Positions 47,972 through 58,854 of a DNA stretch of 64,000 nucleotides are shown here, piece by piece; the stretch's first letter is position 1, and every line of letters starts with the position of its first letter. The stretch covers positions 8,861 through 72,860 of the forward strand of contig JAEUQO010000289.1 of NCBI GenBank assembly GCA_016789605.1. Reading direction: 5' to 3'. The notes under the pieces are model-generated. The model searched no databases. It saw only the letters and a program-made list of their open reading frames with translations, and was not told the DNA's origin. Position numbers and translations under genes: made by a program. The DNA is from Acidobacteriota bacterium. GTDB taxonomy: Bacteria; Acidobacteriota; Blastocatellia; RBC074.

Positions 47972-49969
47972 TTAACGCCGGTGTTCGAGCCGAATGGAAT
48001 ACACCAAAATGTTATCACGACAGTATAGTCGGCTGTATGTGCCAGTGGGCAAGCGTTCGCTCGAAACATTATTTGCGGAGCGACCGAGTAAAAAGCGCTG
48101 AATTGACTGAGCTTGCTGCAGGTCAGATATCCAACCGGGGCGGGCAGGATTGAGTTTGCGACCTGCCCAGGCATAAGGCTTGGCTGCTTCGAGTTCAGGG
48201 ATGGGCTGCGTCGCCCACACCAACCAGAACTTTTCCGTCCCTTCAGCAGAGTCAAATTGGAAACCCCAATACTGAGGGTCATCAGTTTGAGGAATGGTGA
48301 GCCTCTGATGTGCTTGCAGAAAAGCTGATGGTTCATCATTGGTTACGGAAAATGGCGATTCCAGTAAAATGTGTGGCAGGGGGGCGGTTGAATCAGGCGC
48401 TTCGTTCAGAATGTACAAAAAACCATCCTGTGAACTAGTGACGTTAAAGCGGATCGAATCCCCCTGACCATAGATGAGCGTACCGTTTTCCGGAAGCAGA
48501 TCGAATGGTTTTTGTTTGGGAAAGAGTTTGGGATTGCTCCGCACAGACAAGGAATAGTCCAGGATTCTCTCATTTATTGTTTGCGGCGGTGGTTGCTGCG
48601 GAAGGGAGGTCTGGCGCAGCAGAAAAAACGCACCCAGTACGACTAATAAGCTGAGCGCAAGCCATAGCAATCTTGGGCGCCAGGGATTGATCGGTTTGAT
48701 TATTGACGGCGCAACTGGAGATTCAAGTTCAACAGAATGAGGTGCAGGGCGCTTTAACGTTGCCGAATCCGCTTGGTTCGTCATTGGAGCCGTGTCGGGC
48801 ACCGCCGGGGGCGGTGAGATAGAGCTTGCTGACAGTGGATGCGTCGCTTGATAGTGTGGGGCTGTGAGCGCGAGAAACAAGTCATTGCCCAAATCCAGGG
48901 CGCTGCTGTAACGATCGCGCAAATGAAATTGCAGCGCTTTGAGGATTGCCTGTTCTGCCTTTTCTGGTAGTTCGGCACGCAATTCGCGAGGTGATACTTT
49001 GACGCCGGCATATTGAGCTTCGAATAGTTCACGCGAATTCCCGGCAGGGAAAGGCTTTCGCCCTGTAACCATTTCGTAAGCCATGACTCCCATGGCGTAA
49101 ATGTCACTAGCAATTACCGGGGTTCCCTGCAATTGTTCAGGTGAGATATAAGCAAGAGAGCCAACAACACGGGTGTTCACACCTTCTGTTAAGGTTGATG
49201 AGTGAAGAATAGAAGCAATGCCGAAATCAATCAATTTCACGAATAGGCCTCCGCTTGATTGCTGCAACATGACATTTTCGGGTTTCAAGTCGCGGTGGAT
49301 AACCTTTCGGTTATGCGCGGCAGATAAAGCGCGGCCAATTTCGAGCATGATCTGGCCAATTCGATGCAGCTCGACTTTTCCCTCTTGTAGCAAAGTCCGA
49401 AGCGGCAGGCCTTCGATGAACTGCATTACGAAATAGCTTCTTTCATCGGGCAGAATCCCCCAATCCAAAATCTGCACAATACCAGGGTGGTCAATGCGCG
49501 TGAGAGCTTCAATCTCTCCTTGGAATTTTTTGGTGTACCAGGCGCGGTCTTTTTGCCCGACTGCTAGGTTTAGCAGTTTGACCGCAACAGGCCTCCCCTT
49601 CAGCCTTAGATCAAGCGCCTTATAGACGATGCCAAATCCGCCTCTCCCCAACTCGTCCTCAATTTGATAGCGGTCTTGAAGTAGGTCACCAGGCTGAAGC
49701 GTTTTGAGGGGAGAGGGCAATTCCTCTGTTTCCAGGCGATCAGCACCGCCAAATAAATTGGCGTAGATCAGTTTTGATTCTGGCAATGATATTGGTCGCT
49801 CAATAAATTCCACAGCTTGATCTGCTGCTAGCAGCAAATTTGAGACGACCTTGATAAGCTCCTGATCTGAAGCGCATTTTTCCTCTAAGAATGTCAGTCG
49901 CTTAGTGGCAGGTAACGCCAAGGCTTCTTCAAATAGTATTCTTGCTATTTGCCATCGTTCTGGCGTCAT
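47972..49969 (-). CDS. Membrane Hanks-type Ser/Thr kinase with C-terminal DUF4384-like domain
   Basis: GRGGFG, VAVK, HRDLKPEN, DFG and SPEQ are all intact. One TM (LLWLALSLLVVLGAFFLL). C-domain GDSIRFNVTSSQDGFLYILNE. Confidence 0.93.
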   Translation of the reverse strand: MTPERWQIARILFEEALALPATKRLTFLEEKCASDQELIKVVSNLLLAADQAVEFIERPISLPESKLIYANLFGGADRLETEELPSPLKTLQPGDLLQDRYQIEDELGRGGFGIVYKALDLRLKGRPVAVKLLNLAVGQKDRAWYTKKFQGEIEALTRIDHPGIVQILDWGILPDERSYFVMQFIEGLPLRTLLQEGKVELHRIGQIMLEIGRALSAAHNRKVIHRDLKPENVMLQQSSGGLFVKLIDFGIASILHSSTLTEGVNTRVVGSLAYISPEQLQGTPVIASDIYAMGVMAYEMVTGRKPFPAGNSRELFEAQYAGVKVSPRELRAELPEKAEQAILKALQFHLRDRYSSALDLGNDLFLALTAPHYQATHPLSASSISPPPAVPDTAPMTNQADSATLKRPAPHSVELESPVAPSIIKPINPWRPRLLWLALSLLVVLGAFFLLRQTSLPQQPPPQTINERILDYSLSVRSNPKLFPKQKPFDLLPENGTLIYGQGDSIRFNVTSSQDGFLYILNEAPDSTAPLPHILLESPFSVTNDEPSAFLQAHQRLTIPQTDDPQYWGFQFDSAEGTEKFWLVWATQPIPELEAAKPYAWAGRKLNPARPGWISDLQQAQSIQRFLLGRSANNVSSERLPTGTYSRLYCRDNILVYSIRLEHRR

Positions 49970-50152
49970 GGAGAGATGTTTTCGGCTGCAGAAAGTTTGG
50001 TTGAGAACTCAAAATACGCGGCTCAGCATCTCTAAGCCTTGTGTTTCTTTCAGGCGCGTAATCGTACAGGGAAAATACGTCAAGGACAAGTAATTGAAGA
50101 ATTTGTGTGATCCAGTTTATTTCAGAACTGGTTTGATATTTAGCTGTCAATC

Positions 50153-51937
50153 TCAATAGCGCACGACAAAATCTGCCATGCGTTGACAAGGCTTTAACTC
50201 GACTTCGAGTTTTGCCGTGGCGGCTTGTTTGCGCAACTTGGCGCGTACTGTTGCGTCCCAGGCTAGCGGACGAGGCGCAGCATCTGCCGGTTCAGTTTCG
50301 GGAATGGGGCGGGTTGCCAGCCAGTATTTGCCCGGCGCGAGGTGTTGGAAGGAAAAGGTTCCGTTCGACGCGACCAGCGTTTCTGCATAACGAAAGAGGT
50401 TGTCTGCCGCAGCCGGTTCGGCGGGAAGCAAATGGATTCGGATCCGTCCTGTTCGTTTCTGGCCTTCTTGGGTTACAACCTGGCCTTGCAAAGTGGCAGC
50501 ACCTGTCAGCAGCGCGACCGTCAGGCCAGACACTTTTTGTCCTGCATTGACGGTGAGTACTCCCGGCGGAGAATCTGGCGGTTTGCCCGCAACTGCAGCC
50601 ATTTTGATTTCGTGCACATGCCACTGTTCTCCAGGCAGATTGATGGCCAGACGGTATCGTCCTGCGGCCAGCCCTTTGAGTATGAATTCGCCTTTGTCGT
50701 TGGGCGTGCTGCCCAGGTTGCTGACGAAGTCGAATCTCCAGGGCGCAGTTGGCGCAATCATCTGTGTCGGGCTGAAGCGTTCTGCTTTGAACAAAATCTC
50801 TTCCAGTAAAGCGGTTGTCTTGGCCGGACAGCTTGTTGTCGCTGCCGTCTCTGGTGGTGTTGTGAGCGTGACTCGTCCGCTGAGGGAACCGTGCCTGGCA
50901 AGTTTCAATTCCACGCCGCTGACGTCTGCGCCACGCACCACGACACGTTTTGCCAGAGATTCGGCGCTATCGTCTTTTCGATCATCGCGCAGCGCGACAA
51001 GCTCGTACTCGCCATCCGGGATGCCGAAGAGCGCAAATCCTTTTTCGTTTGAGACGTATTCGGTACGCTCAAGCTGCTGTGTGTTTGCATTGAACAACGA
51101 GACCAGAGTGATGCCAAAGTGGCTGGTGGAATCTGTGTCTCCCGCAAGCCAGCCGCTTATTGTGTGCTGACCTTGTTCTCCGCGCGGGCGGATATCAATG
51201 CCGGTGATCTCTTCGCTGCCACGAATGGTCAGTTCGGCTGCCGTTTCCCGCGTTGCTGACGGGTAGTAAGTCGGCGTGTAAGTGCCGGTCTCGCGCACTT
51301 CGCCGTAAAAGCCAGAGCTGTAGCTGACCGAAACCACATACACGCCTGGCTCAAGACCGAAAAGCCTGTATACGCCACGATCATCTGTCATGCGACTGCC
51401 GCCAAAATTTCCTCTGAGTTCCGGCGGCAGGGAATTTATCAGCGACTGTCCTTCGGGATTGCGAACCAGCTTGGCTGTGACATAGGCGCCCACAACCGGA
51501 TCGCCTGCGGCATCTGTGACGCGTCCCGTGATCACGCCGCCGCGCGAAAGACGAAGTGTGACGTAATCTCCGGGACGGCGAATTTCCAGACTGGATTGTG
51601 ACGATACGGTTACGTATGCGGGCATAAATCCCGACACGAGATACGGGCCGGGGGCCAGATCGGTGAGCTGAAAATTGCCCTCGTCGTCACTGGTGACGGT
51701 GCGCGCATTGCCCGGATTGCCCGCGCCTACGGCGAAAACTCGCAAGTTGCTGACAGGCTGCCCGTCATCGGTGATTACTCTGCCTGAAATCGTGTTGTTA
51801 CGTTTGTTGTCAGGTGTTGGTGCGGTGGCTGGCGCCGGAGCCTGGGCCGCAAGCAACGTCGTGAACGACAAGAGCCACCCGATTGCGAAGCCGAACTGTG
51901 ATCTGTCACTCAACGCATTTCGCCATTGACGGTTCAT
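50153..51937 (-). CDS. Secreted protein with tandem carboxypeptidase-regulatory-like (transthyretin-like) domains
   Basis: Signal peptide and repeated I.GRV / GGVITGRV / TDDRG.YR..GL.PG.Y modules. Confidence 0.82.
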   Translation of the reverse strand: MNRQWRNALSDRSQFGFAIGWLLSFTTLLAAQAPAPATAPTPDNKRNNTISGRVITDDGQPVSNLRVFAVGAGNPGNARTVTSDDEGNFQLTDLAPGPYLVSGFMPAYVTVSSQSSLEIRRPGDYVTLRLSRGGVITGRVTDAAGDPVVGAYVTAKLVRNPEGQSLINSLPPELRGNFGGSRMTDDRGVYRLFGLEPGVYVVSVSYSSGFYGEVRETGTYTPTYYPSATRETAAELTIRGSEEITGIDIRPRGEQGQHTISGWLAGDTDSTSHFGITLVSLFNANTQQLERTEYVSNEKGFALFGIPDGEYELVALRDDRKDDSAESLAKRVVVRGADVSGVELKLARHGSLSGRVTLTTPPETAATTSCPAKTTALLEEILFKAERFSPTQMIAPTAPWRFDFVSNLGSTPNDKGEFILKGLAAGRYRLAINLPGEQWHVHEIKMAAVAGKPPDSPPGVLTVNAGQKVSGLTVALLTGAATLQGQVVTQEGQKRTGRIRIHLLPAEPAAADNLFRYAETLVASNGTFSFQHLAPGKYWLATRPIPETEPADAAPRPLAWDATVRAKLRKQAATAKLEVELKPCQRMADFVVRY

Positions 51938-53479
51938 TGCTTTTCCTCCTCGGTGGCACTGAGGTCGAGTGTCAGAGCAAGGGATTTTTCTTCGCCATTG
52001 GTCACCGTAATCAATTGCTTCACTGCACGAGGCAGCTTGGCCGGAGGCGCAGCCGTGAAATCTGCGGGACGGACACCAGCGGCGAGTTCATATTCTCCCG
52101 GTGGCAAACCAGAGAGCAGAAATTGGCCCTTGTCATTTATTGCGGCGTAACGGTCGCCAAAACCTTGTCGGCTTTCTACGCGGTGTGCTTGTGCATACAG
52201 CACCAGATGCGGTGACAAAACCCCGTTGATGATTTTTACCACGCCGCGAATCGCACCAGTTCCTTGTCCGAGAATGAGCCGGACGCCCGTGACATTTTCG
52301 CCCGCGCGAATTTCGATGCCATCACGGACTTCGACTCCTTGATGTTCAATACGCTGCAAAAGAAAAGAGGCGCTGCTGGTATAAGGAAAGATCGAGAGGC
52401 TGATTTTGCCCGGACCCAGGCCCGTAATCTGAAAGCTTCCATCTGCGTTAATGGCAGCAGGTGGCGGGGAAAAGCTTCCGTATTGTTGTGTGAGTTGTGA
52501 CGAGGAAATCCTGTTTTGCGCCAGTTTGCGTTTGGTTTCTGCGTCGAGCGAGCCTTCGACGACGACGCTGCCGCTGAGCGTGCTGCCGCGTCTGGCTTTG
52601 AGTTCCAGCCCGTTGAGATTGCTTTCGTCAATTTCAAAGGTGACAGGCTCGGCATAAAAGCCCTCTTGTGCCGCGAAAGAAGTAGAAGACATCACCTCCA
52701 GCCGATATTTCCCAGAAGACAATTCAGGAATACGGAAAATCCCACGCGAGTCGCTGGTGACAGCTCGTCCGCCGCCGAACGTGTTTGGTGATTTTTCATT
52801 GGGCGCAGTCAGACAACTGACGGCAATCTGAGGCAATGGCTGACCCGAGCTGGCATCAATGACGCGACCTATGGCTTCATAGGTCTTTCTAGCTGGGCCC
52901 AGGCGGATGTTGATCTCCGTTAGCTCTTCTCCTTCTTTGATTTCAAGAATGCGGGCGCGGCTGAGTTCGGTCGCGTCCGGGTGATAGGTCAAGGGATATT
53001 TTTTGCTCGTTGATTCAGTGAAACCGTCCCCGCCAGCACTTAGCACATACCGTCCGGGCGGCAACCCATAAAAGCGATACACACCACGGTCGTCGGTTTC
53101 AGTTCTGTTGCGATTGCTCGGGCCGACCGATTCTGGCTGCCCATTTTGGCGGCCTAATTTGGTATTGGCCTGCCGGAATCTGTGCCAGCGTATACCGACC
53201 TTCGGCATCAGTGCGGACTTGGTAGGTCGGTTTTCGTTTGGGAACGGCGGGCGTTCCTTTGAGCGATTCTGCTGCTCGGGCGGCGCGTTCCTGGCTGGTT
53301 TCCAATTCGCTGATGGTGACAATCGCGTTGGGCATCGCGGCCCCGTTCACCAAAACCCGTCCGCTGAGCGAGGCTGTTCGGGGGGGCGTATCCTGTCCGG
53401 TGGTTTGGGCTTGTGCTTGTGTCGGCGAGAGCAACCACCAGAGGGCAGAAAGCAAACAGAGTATTCGCCGCTGTGGCAT
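51934..53479 (-). pseudogene. Frameshifted paralog of the carboxypeptidase-regulatory-like repeat protein
   Basis: Strong GAGGAGGT RBS and signal peptide at 53479 (ORF 53099-53479). Homology continues in another frame (ORF 51934-53322) from about 53155. The GGVITGRV segment seen in the neighbouring paralog is missing. Confidence 0.75.
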
Positions 53480-53713
53480 ATAGACGACCTCCTCGGAAAT
53501 GCGCCAAGACCTGAGTTGGAACAGGCGTGGATGCTGATGACGCTGAGATTGTATCGCTGAACGTTTTTACACAAAACTGCCGAAACATTCTTCCGAACAG
53601 ATGAGCAGTTTTTCTCTCTTCGACCACCCCGCGCAGACTAACGCCCGGCAGATGTGGCGGTTCCAAAAGCTTTTGGCGCGCGCTGATTCCGCGCACTTAT
53701 CGTGAGCAGGCGC

Positions 53714-53742
53714 TTGACGCCCTCTGACCGGCTGACTAGAAT
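53714..53742 (+). promoter_or_regulatory. Putative sigma70 promoter of the ABC operon
   Basis: TTGACG-N17-TAGAAT, a near-consensus match. Confidence 0.65.
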
Positions 53743-53819
53743 CTGCAACTTCCGTTTGGCCTACACAGGCCACAATTCACCGAAAAAGATCGAATTTTCA
53801 GCAGCATTCGGAGGCAGGC

Positions 53820-54764
53820 TTGATCGAAGTTGAGCATCTGACGAAGAGTTATGGGCAGGCGCGCGCCGTTAACGACATTTCTTTCAAAGTCGAAAAAGGC
53901 GAGATTCTGGGCTTTCTCGGTCCGAACGGCGCAGGCAAAACGACGACCATGCGCATTCTGACGGGCTATTTACCGGCGACCGGCGGGACGGCCCGCATTG
54001 CTGGTTTCGACGTGTTTGAACAGTCGATGGAAGTCCGCAAGCGCATTGGCTATTTGCCCGAAACACCGCCCTTGTACCCGGATATGGCCGTGGGCGATTA
54101 CCTGGCGTTTGTGGCCCGCATCAAAGGCGTGGCTGCGGGGGACGTCGGCAAACGCGTCGAAGCGGCCATGAAGATGACCAATATCGCCGACCGCAAGGAC
54201 TGGTTGATCAAAAAGCTTTCGCGCGGATACAAACAGCGCGTCGGCATTGCCCAGGCCATTGTGCATAACCCGGATGTGGTCATTCTGGACGAACCCACCG
54301 TCGGACTTGATCCGAACCAGATCAAAGAGGTTCGCAAGCTGATCAAGGATTTGGCGGGCGAACACACCATCATTCTTTCCACGCACATCCTGCCCGAAGT
54401 CGAAATGACTTGCGACCGCGTTGTCATCATCAATCGCGGCAAAATTGCGGCGATTGATACGACGTCGAATTTGACGACGCAACTCAAAGGCGGCGAACGC
54501 GTGCGCGTCGTTGTGCGCGGTGGCGGCAATGGTTTGCCTGGTTCGTTGTCGGCTCTGGAGGGGATCTCTCGCGTGGAGCGTGAGGGAGAGGCGAGCGGTG
54601 ACTTGAGCGCGTTTATGATCGAAAGCGAGCAGGGGACTGATCTGCGGCCCGAGATCGCAGCGCGCATCGTCAAGGAAGGCTTTGACCTACTGGAATTGCG
54701 CGCCGTTTCCTTGAGCCTGGAAGACATCTTCATGCAACTGACAACCGAAGAAAAAGCCGCTTAA
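53820..54764 (+). CDS. ABC-2 type transporter ATP-binding protein (GldA-like)
   Basis: GPNGAGKTT, LSRGYKQR and ILDEPT motifs. Confidence 0.92.
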   Translation: MIEVEHLTKSYGQARAVNDISFKVEKGEILGFLGPNGAGKTTTMRILTGYLPATGGTARIAGFDVFEQSMEVRKRIGYLPETPPLYPDMAVGDYLAFVARIKGVAAGDVGKRVEAAMKMTNIADRKDWLIKKLSRGYKQRVGIAQAIVHNPDVVILDEPTVGLDPNQIKEVRKLIKDLAGEHTIILSTHILPEVEMTCDRVVIINRGKIAAIDTTSNLTTQLKGGERVRVVVRGGGNGLPGSLSALEGISRVEREGEASGDLSAFMIESEQGTDLRPEIAARIVKEGFDLLELRAVSLSLEDIFMQLTTEEKAA

Positions 54765-54777
54765 GCGTGCGGTTTTG

Positions 54778-54882
54778 TCTAAATCGTAACAGCCGTTATC
54801 AGAACACGCGACACTGAAACATTCTGATGAATATTGGCGTCCTGACTTTGTCGTACACCAATGTCGCGTATTCTGATTTAGA
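54778..54882 (+). repeat. Dispersed ~105-bp structured repeat, copy 2
   Basis: Matches 23794-23895. Bounded by the perfect 8-bp inverted repeat TCTAAATC...GATTTAGA. Confidence 0.9.
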
Positions 54883-54895
54883 GGAATTGTTTCCG

Positions 54896-55684
54896 ATGAA
54901 AAGTATTCTTGCCATTTATCGCCGTGAGATGAACGGATATTTCGTCTCGCCGATTGCTTACATCGTCATCGGCTTTTTTCTGGTGGCGACCGGGCTGGTG
55001 TTTTCGCTGATCCTTTCGTTTGTTATGCAGAGCGCCATGATGGCCGCGATGCAACAACGCATGGGACCGCCGCCCGACATTGACGTGCCGATGCTGGTCA
55101 TTCGCCAGTTCGTGGGCTTTGTCGGCACCTATGTCATGCCGCTGCTGTTGCCGATGTTGACGATGGGCGTCTATGCCGAAGAGCGCAAACGCGGCACGAT
55201 GGAAATGCTGATGACTTCGCCAATTACGGAATTGCAGATTGTGCTCGGCAAATTCCTGGCGTCGTTGTCATTCTTTGCGCTGATGCTGGCGCCGACGTTG
55301 ATCTACCATTTCGTGATGGGCCAATTCAGCGAACCGGCGATGCCCTGGCGCATTATGTGGTCGGGCTATTTGGGCTTGTTCCTGTTGGGCGCAGTCCTGA
55401 TTGCGATTGGGTCATTCATTTCTTCGCTGACGGAAAACCAGATCATCGCCGGAGTGGTGACGTTCGTGATCTTTCTGATGTTGCTGTTCCTGGATTTGAC
55501 CATGCGCAACAGCAGCAGCGCCGTCGGCGAAGTCTTCAAATACCTTTCGATTTTGCAGCATCACGAAACCTTTGCGCAGGGAGTGATAGATACTTCCTCG
55601 ATCATCTTTTACGTTTCGATGGCGGCGCTGGGCGTGTTTCTGACGTTGCGGAATCTCGATTCGATGCGTTGGCGCAGGGCTTAA
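54896..55684 (+). CDS. ABC-2 permease (GldF-like)
   Basis: REM..YF.SP.AY, AEERKRGT.E.L.T.P and VLGKF motifs with six TM segments. The ORF-track start at 54827 lies inside the repeat. Confidence 0.88.
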   Translation: MKSILAIYRREMNGYFVSPIAYIVIGFFLVATGLVFSLILSFVMQSAMMAAMQQRMGPPPDIDVPMLVIRQFVGFVGTYVMPLLLPMLTMGVYAEERKRGTMEMLMTSPITELQIVLGKFLASLSFFALMLAPTLIYHFVMGQFSEPAMPWRIMWSGYLGLFLLGAVLIAIGSFISSLTENQIIAGVVTFVIFLMLLFLDLTMRNSSSAVGEVFKYLSILQHHETFAQGVIDTSSIIFYVSMAALGVFLTLRNLDSMRWRRA

Positions 55685-55741
55685 TCCGTCGCGGCTGAGC
55701 GATTGTGCTGCTCAGCTTTCGGCAATCGGCATTCAAATCAT

Positions 55742-57271
<1,530 letters not shown>

Positions 57272-57331
57272 GCGAGTTAATTCGAGTGCGCTTGTGTTTA
57301 GGCAAGCGCACTTGTGTCTCTAAAAACTGTT

Positions 57332-58648
57332 ATGAAACGAAGTACGCTTTTGATCTTGTTGGCTGCGGTCATCGCGGGCGCAGCCGTTTACTTCCTCGAA
57401 ATCAAACCTGGCAAACCGCGTGACGAAACGCCGGATGAAACCAAACCGGCGTTCAAATTCCAGCGCGAAGACATCACAGCGTTGAGCGTGACGCGCGCAG
57501 GCCAGACCATCAGTTTGGAAAACAAGGACGGCAAGTGGCTGATCACGCAACCGATCAATGCCGTGGCTGACGACTCCGCCTTGAATTCGTTGATCGGCGA
57601 TGTGGTCAGCGCGCGCATCGAACGCGAATTTAGCGCCTCTGCCGATGAACTGAAGAGTTACGGTTTGACCGAACCGGCGGTCAAGCTTGAGATCAAGCTG
57701 AAAAACGGCGAAACGCATCGTGTTGAGCTTGGCGCTAAAGACGTGATTGGTTCTTCGGCCTATGCCAAGGTTGATGGTGGGCAAAATGTGGCGATGGTTC
57801 CGTCTTCTTTGCTGACCAACACCGACAAATCGTTGAACGATTTGCGTGACCGTTCAGTGTTTGGGGCAACGCAATACGAACTGGCTTCGCTGCGCATCAA
57901 CAATGAAAACGGCAGTTTCGAACTGGGCAAGAAAGACGCTGATTGGGTGATTCAAGCGCCAGTGGCCGCCGATGCGGATAGCACTGCTGTTAGCGGATTG
58001 CTGAGCGAGCTGGCGTCGGCCAAGGGCGAAGAGTTCTTGCCGGGCGATGATCTGGCCAAATACGCGTTGGATAAACCCAAGATCACAGTCAGCGCGAAAC
58101 TGACGACGGGCACTGACCGGGTCTTGTTGGTTTCCCGCAAAGACGATTTGTATTACGCCAAAGTGTCTGACCGTGCCGACGTATACAAAATCGCATCGTC
58201 GGTGTTTGATCAGCTCAACACCAAGCTGGATAGTCTGCGCAGCAAAGACATCCTCAAACTCAACCGCGACGAACTGACCAAAGTTTGGATCAGGAATCCG
58301 AATACAACCATCAGCGCCGAAAAGAAAGACGAGAAATGGATTGTGGACGAACCGGCGGATAAGAAAGGGAAGGACGCGTTTACCTTCAAATTGTTTGATC
58401 CGCTGGAAACCAAAGCCACTGAAGTCATGGACAAACCGTCTGCTGCGGCGGCGGCCAAGCTGGCCAAACCGGCGGTGGAAGTGCGCCTGACCTACAAGGA
58501 TGGAAAGACAACCGTGGTCAAAGTTTCCTCTGCCGATGGCGACAACGTGTATGTCCGTGTCGAAGGCAAAAGTGGTGTTTATAAAGTGGGCAAATCCGTG
58601 CTCGACAGTTTGAGCTTCAAACTGGAAGAAGCGGTATCGCCAAGCTAA
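57332..58648 (+). CDS. DUF4340 domain protein (repeated domains)
   Basis: N-terminal anchor and repeated W.I..P..A.AD...(YGL) modules. Fourth gene of the Gld-like ABC cluster. Confidence 0.75.
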   Translation: MKRSTLLILLAAVIAGAAVYFLEIKPGKPRDETPDETKPAFKFQREDITALSVTRAGQTISLENKDGKWLITQPINAVADDSALNSLIGDVVSARIEREFSASADELKSYGLTEPAVKLEIKLKNGETHRVELGAKDVIGSSAYAKVDGGQNVAMVPSSLLTNTDKSLNDLRDRSVFGATQYELASLRINNENGSFELGKKDADWVIQAPVAADADSTAVSGLLSELASAKGEEFLPGDDLAKYALDKPKITVSAKLTTGTDRVLLVSRKDDLYYAKVSDRADVYKIASSVFDQLNTKLDSLRSKDILKLNRDELTKVWIRNPNTTISAEKKDEKWIVDEPADKKGKDAFTFKLFDPLETKATEVMDKPSAAAAAKLAKPAVEVRLTYKDGKTTVVKVSSADGDNVYVRVEGKSGVYKVGKSVLDSLSFKLEEAVSPS

Positions 58649-58690
58649 GGCTGCTGTAGAGTTCGTGACAAGACCATCGCAAAACAAAGG

Positions 58691-58734
58691 AAGAGAGGAG
58701 AGAGCGTAGAATTTTTCTCCTCTCTTTTCTTTTT
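58691..58734 (+). terminator. Putative terminator
   Basis: AAGAGAGGAGA / TCTCCTCTCTT 11-bp stem plus a T-rich tail. Confidence 0.6.
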
Positions 58735-58854
58735 ATGGTGGCAAAGGTGCACTGCGCGGCCTGCAGATGAGCGGCAAGCTGGTCAAACCACGTCGGCTTG
58801 AGTACAATCCCCTTTACTTCTCGCCTTTGGTCTATCACTTCAGGAGAACAAGCA

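Noticed and set aside
49970-50152. Remnant ECF sigma factor upstream of the kinase (ORF 49929-50189)
   Set aside because: The translation shows no sigma region 2 or region 4 motifs, and the region looks like an AT-rich spacer.
54827-54895. N-terminal extension of the permease (MNIGVLTLSY...) in the ORF track
   Set aside because: This ATG lies inside the dispersed repeat, and the same frame exists in copy 1. The RBS and family N-terminus fit ATG 54896.
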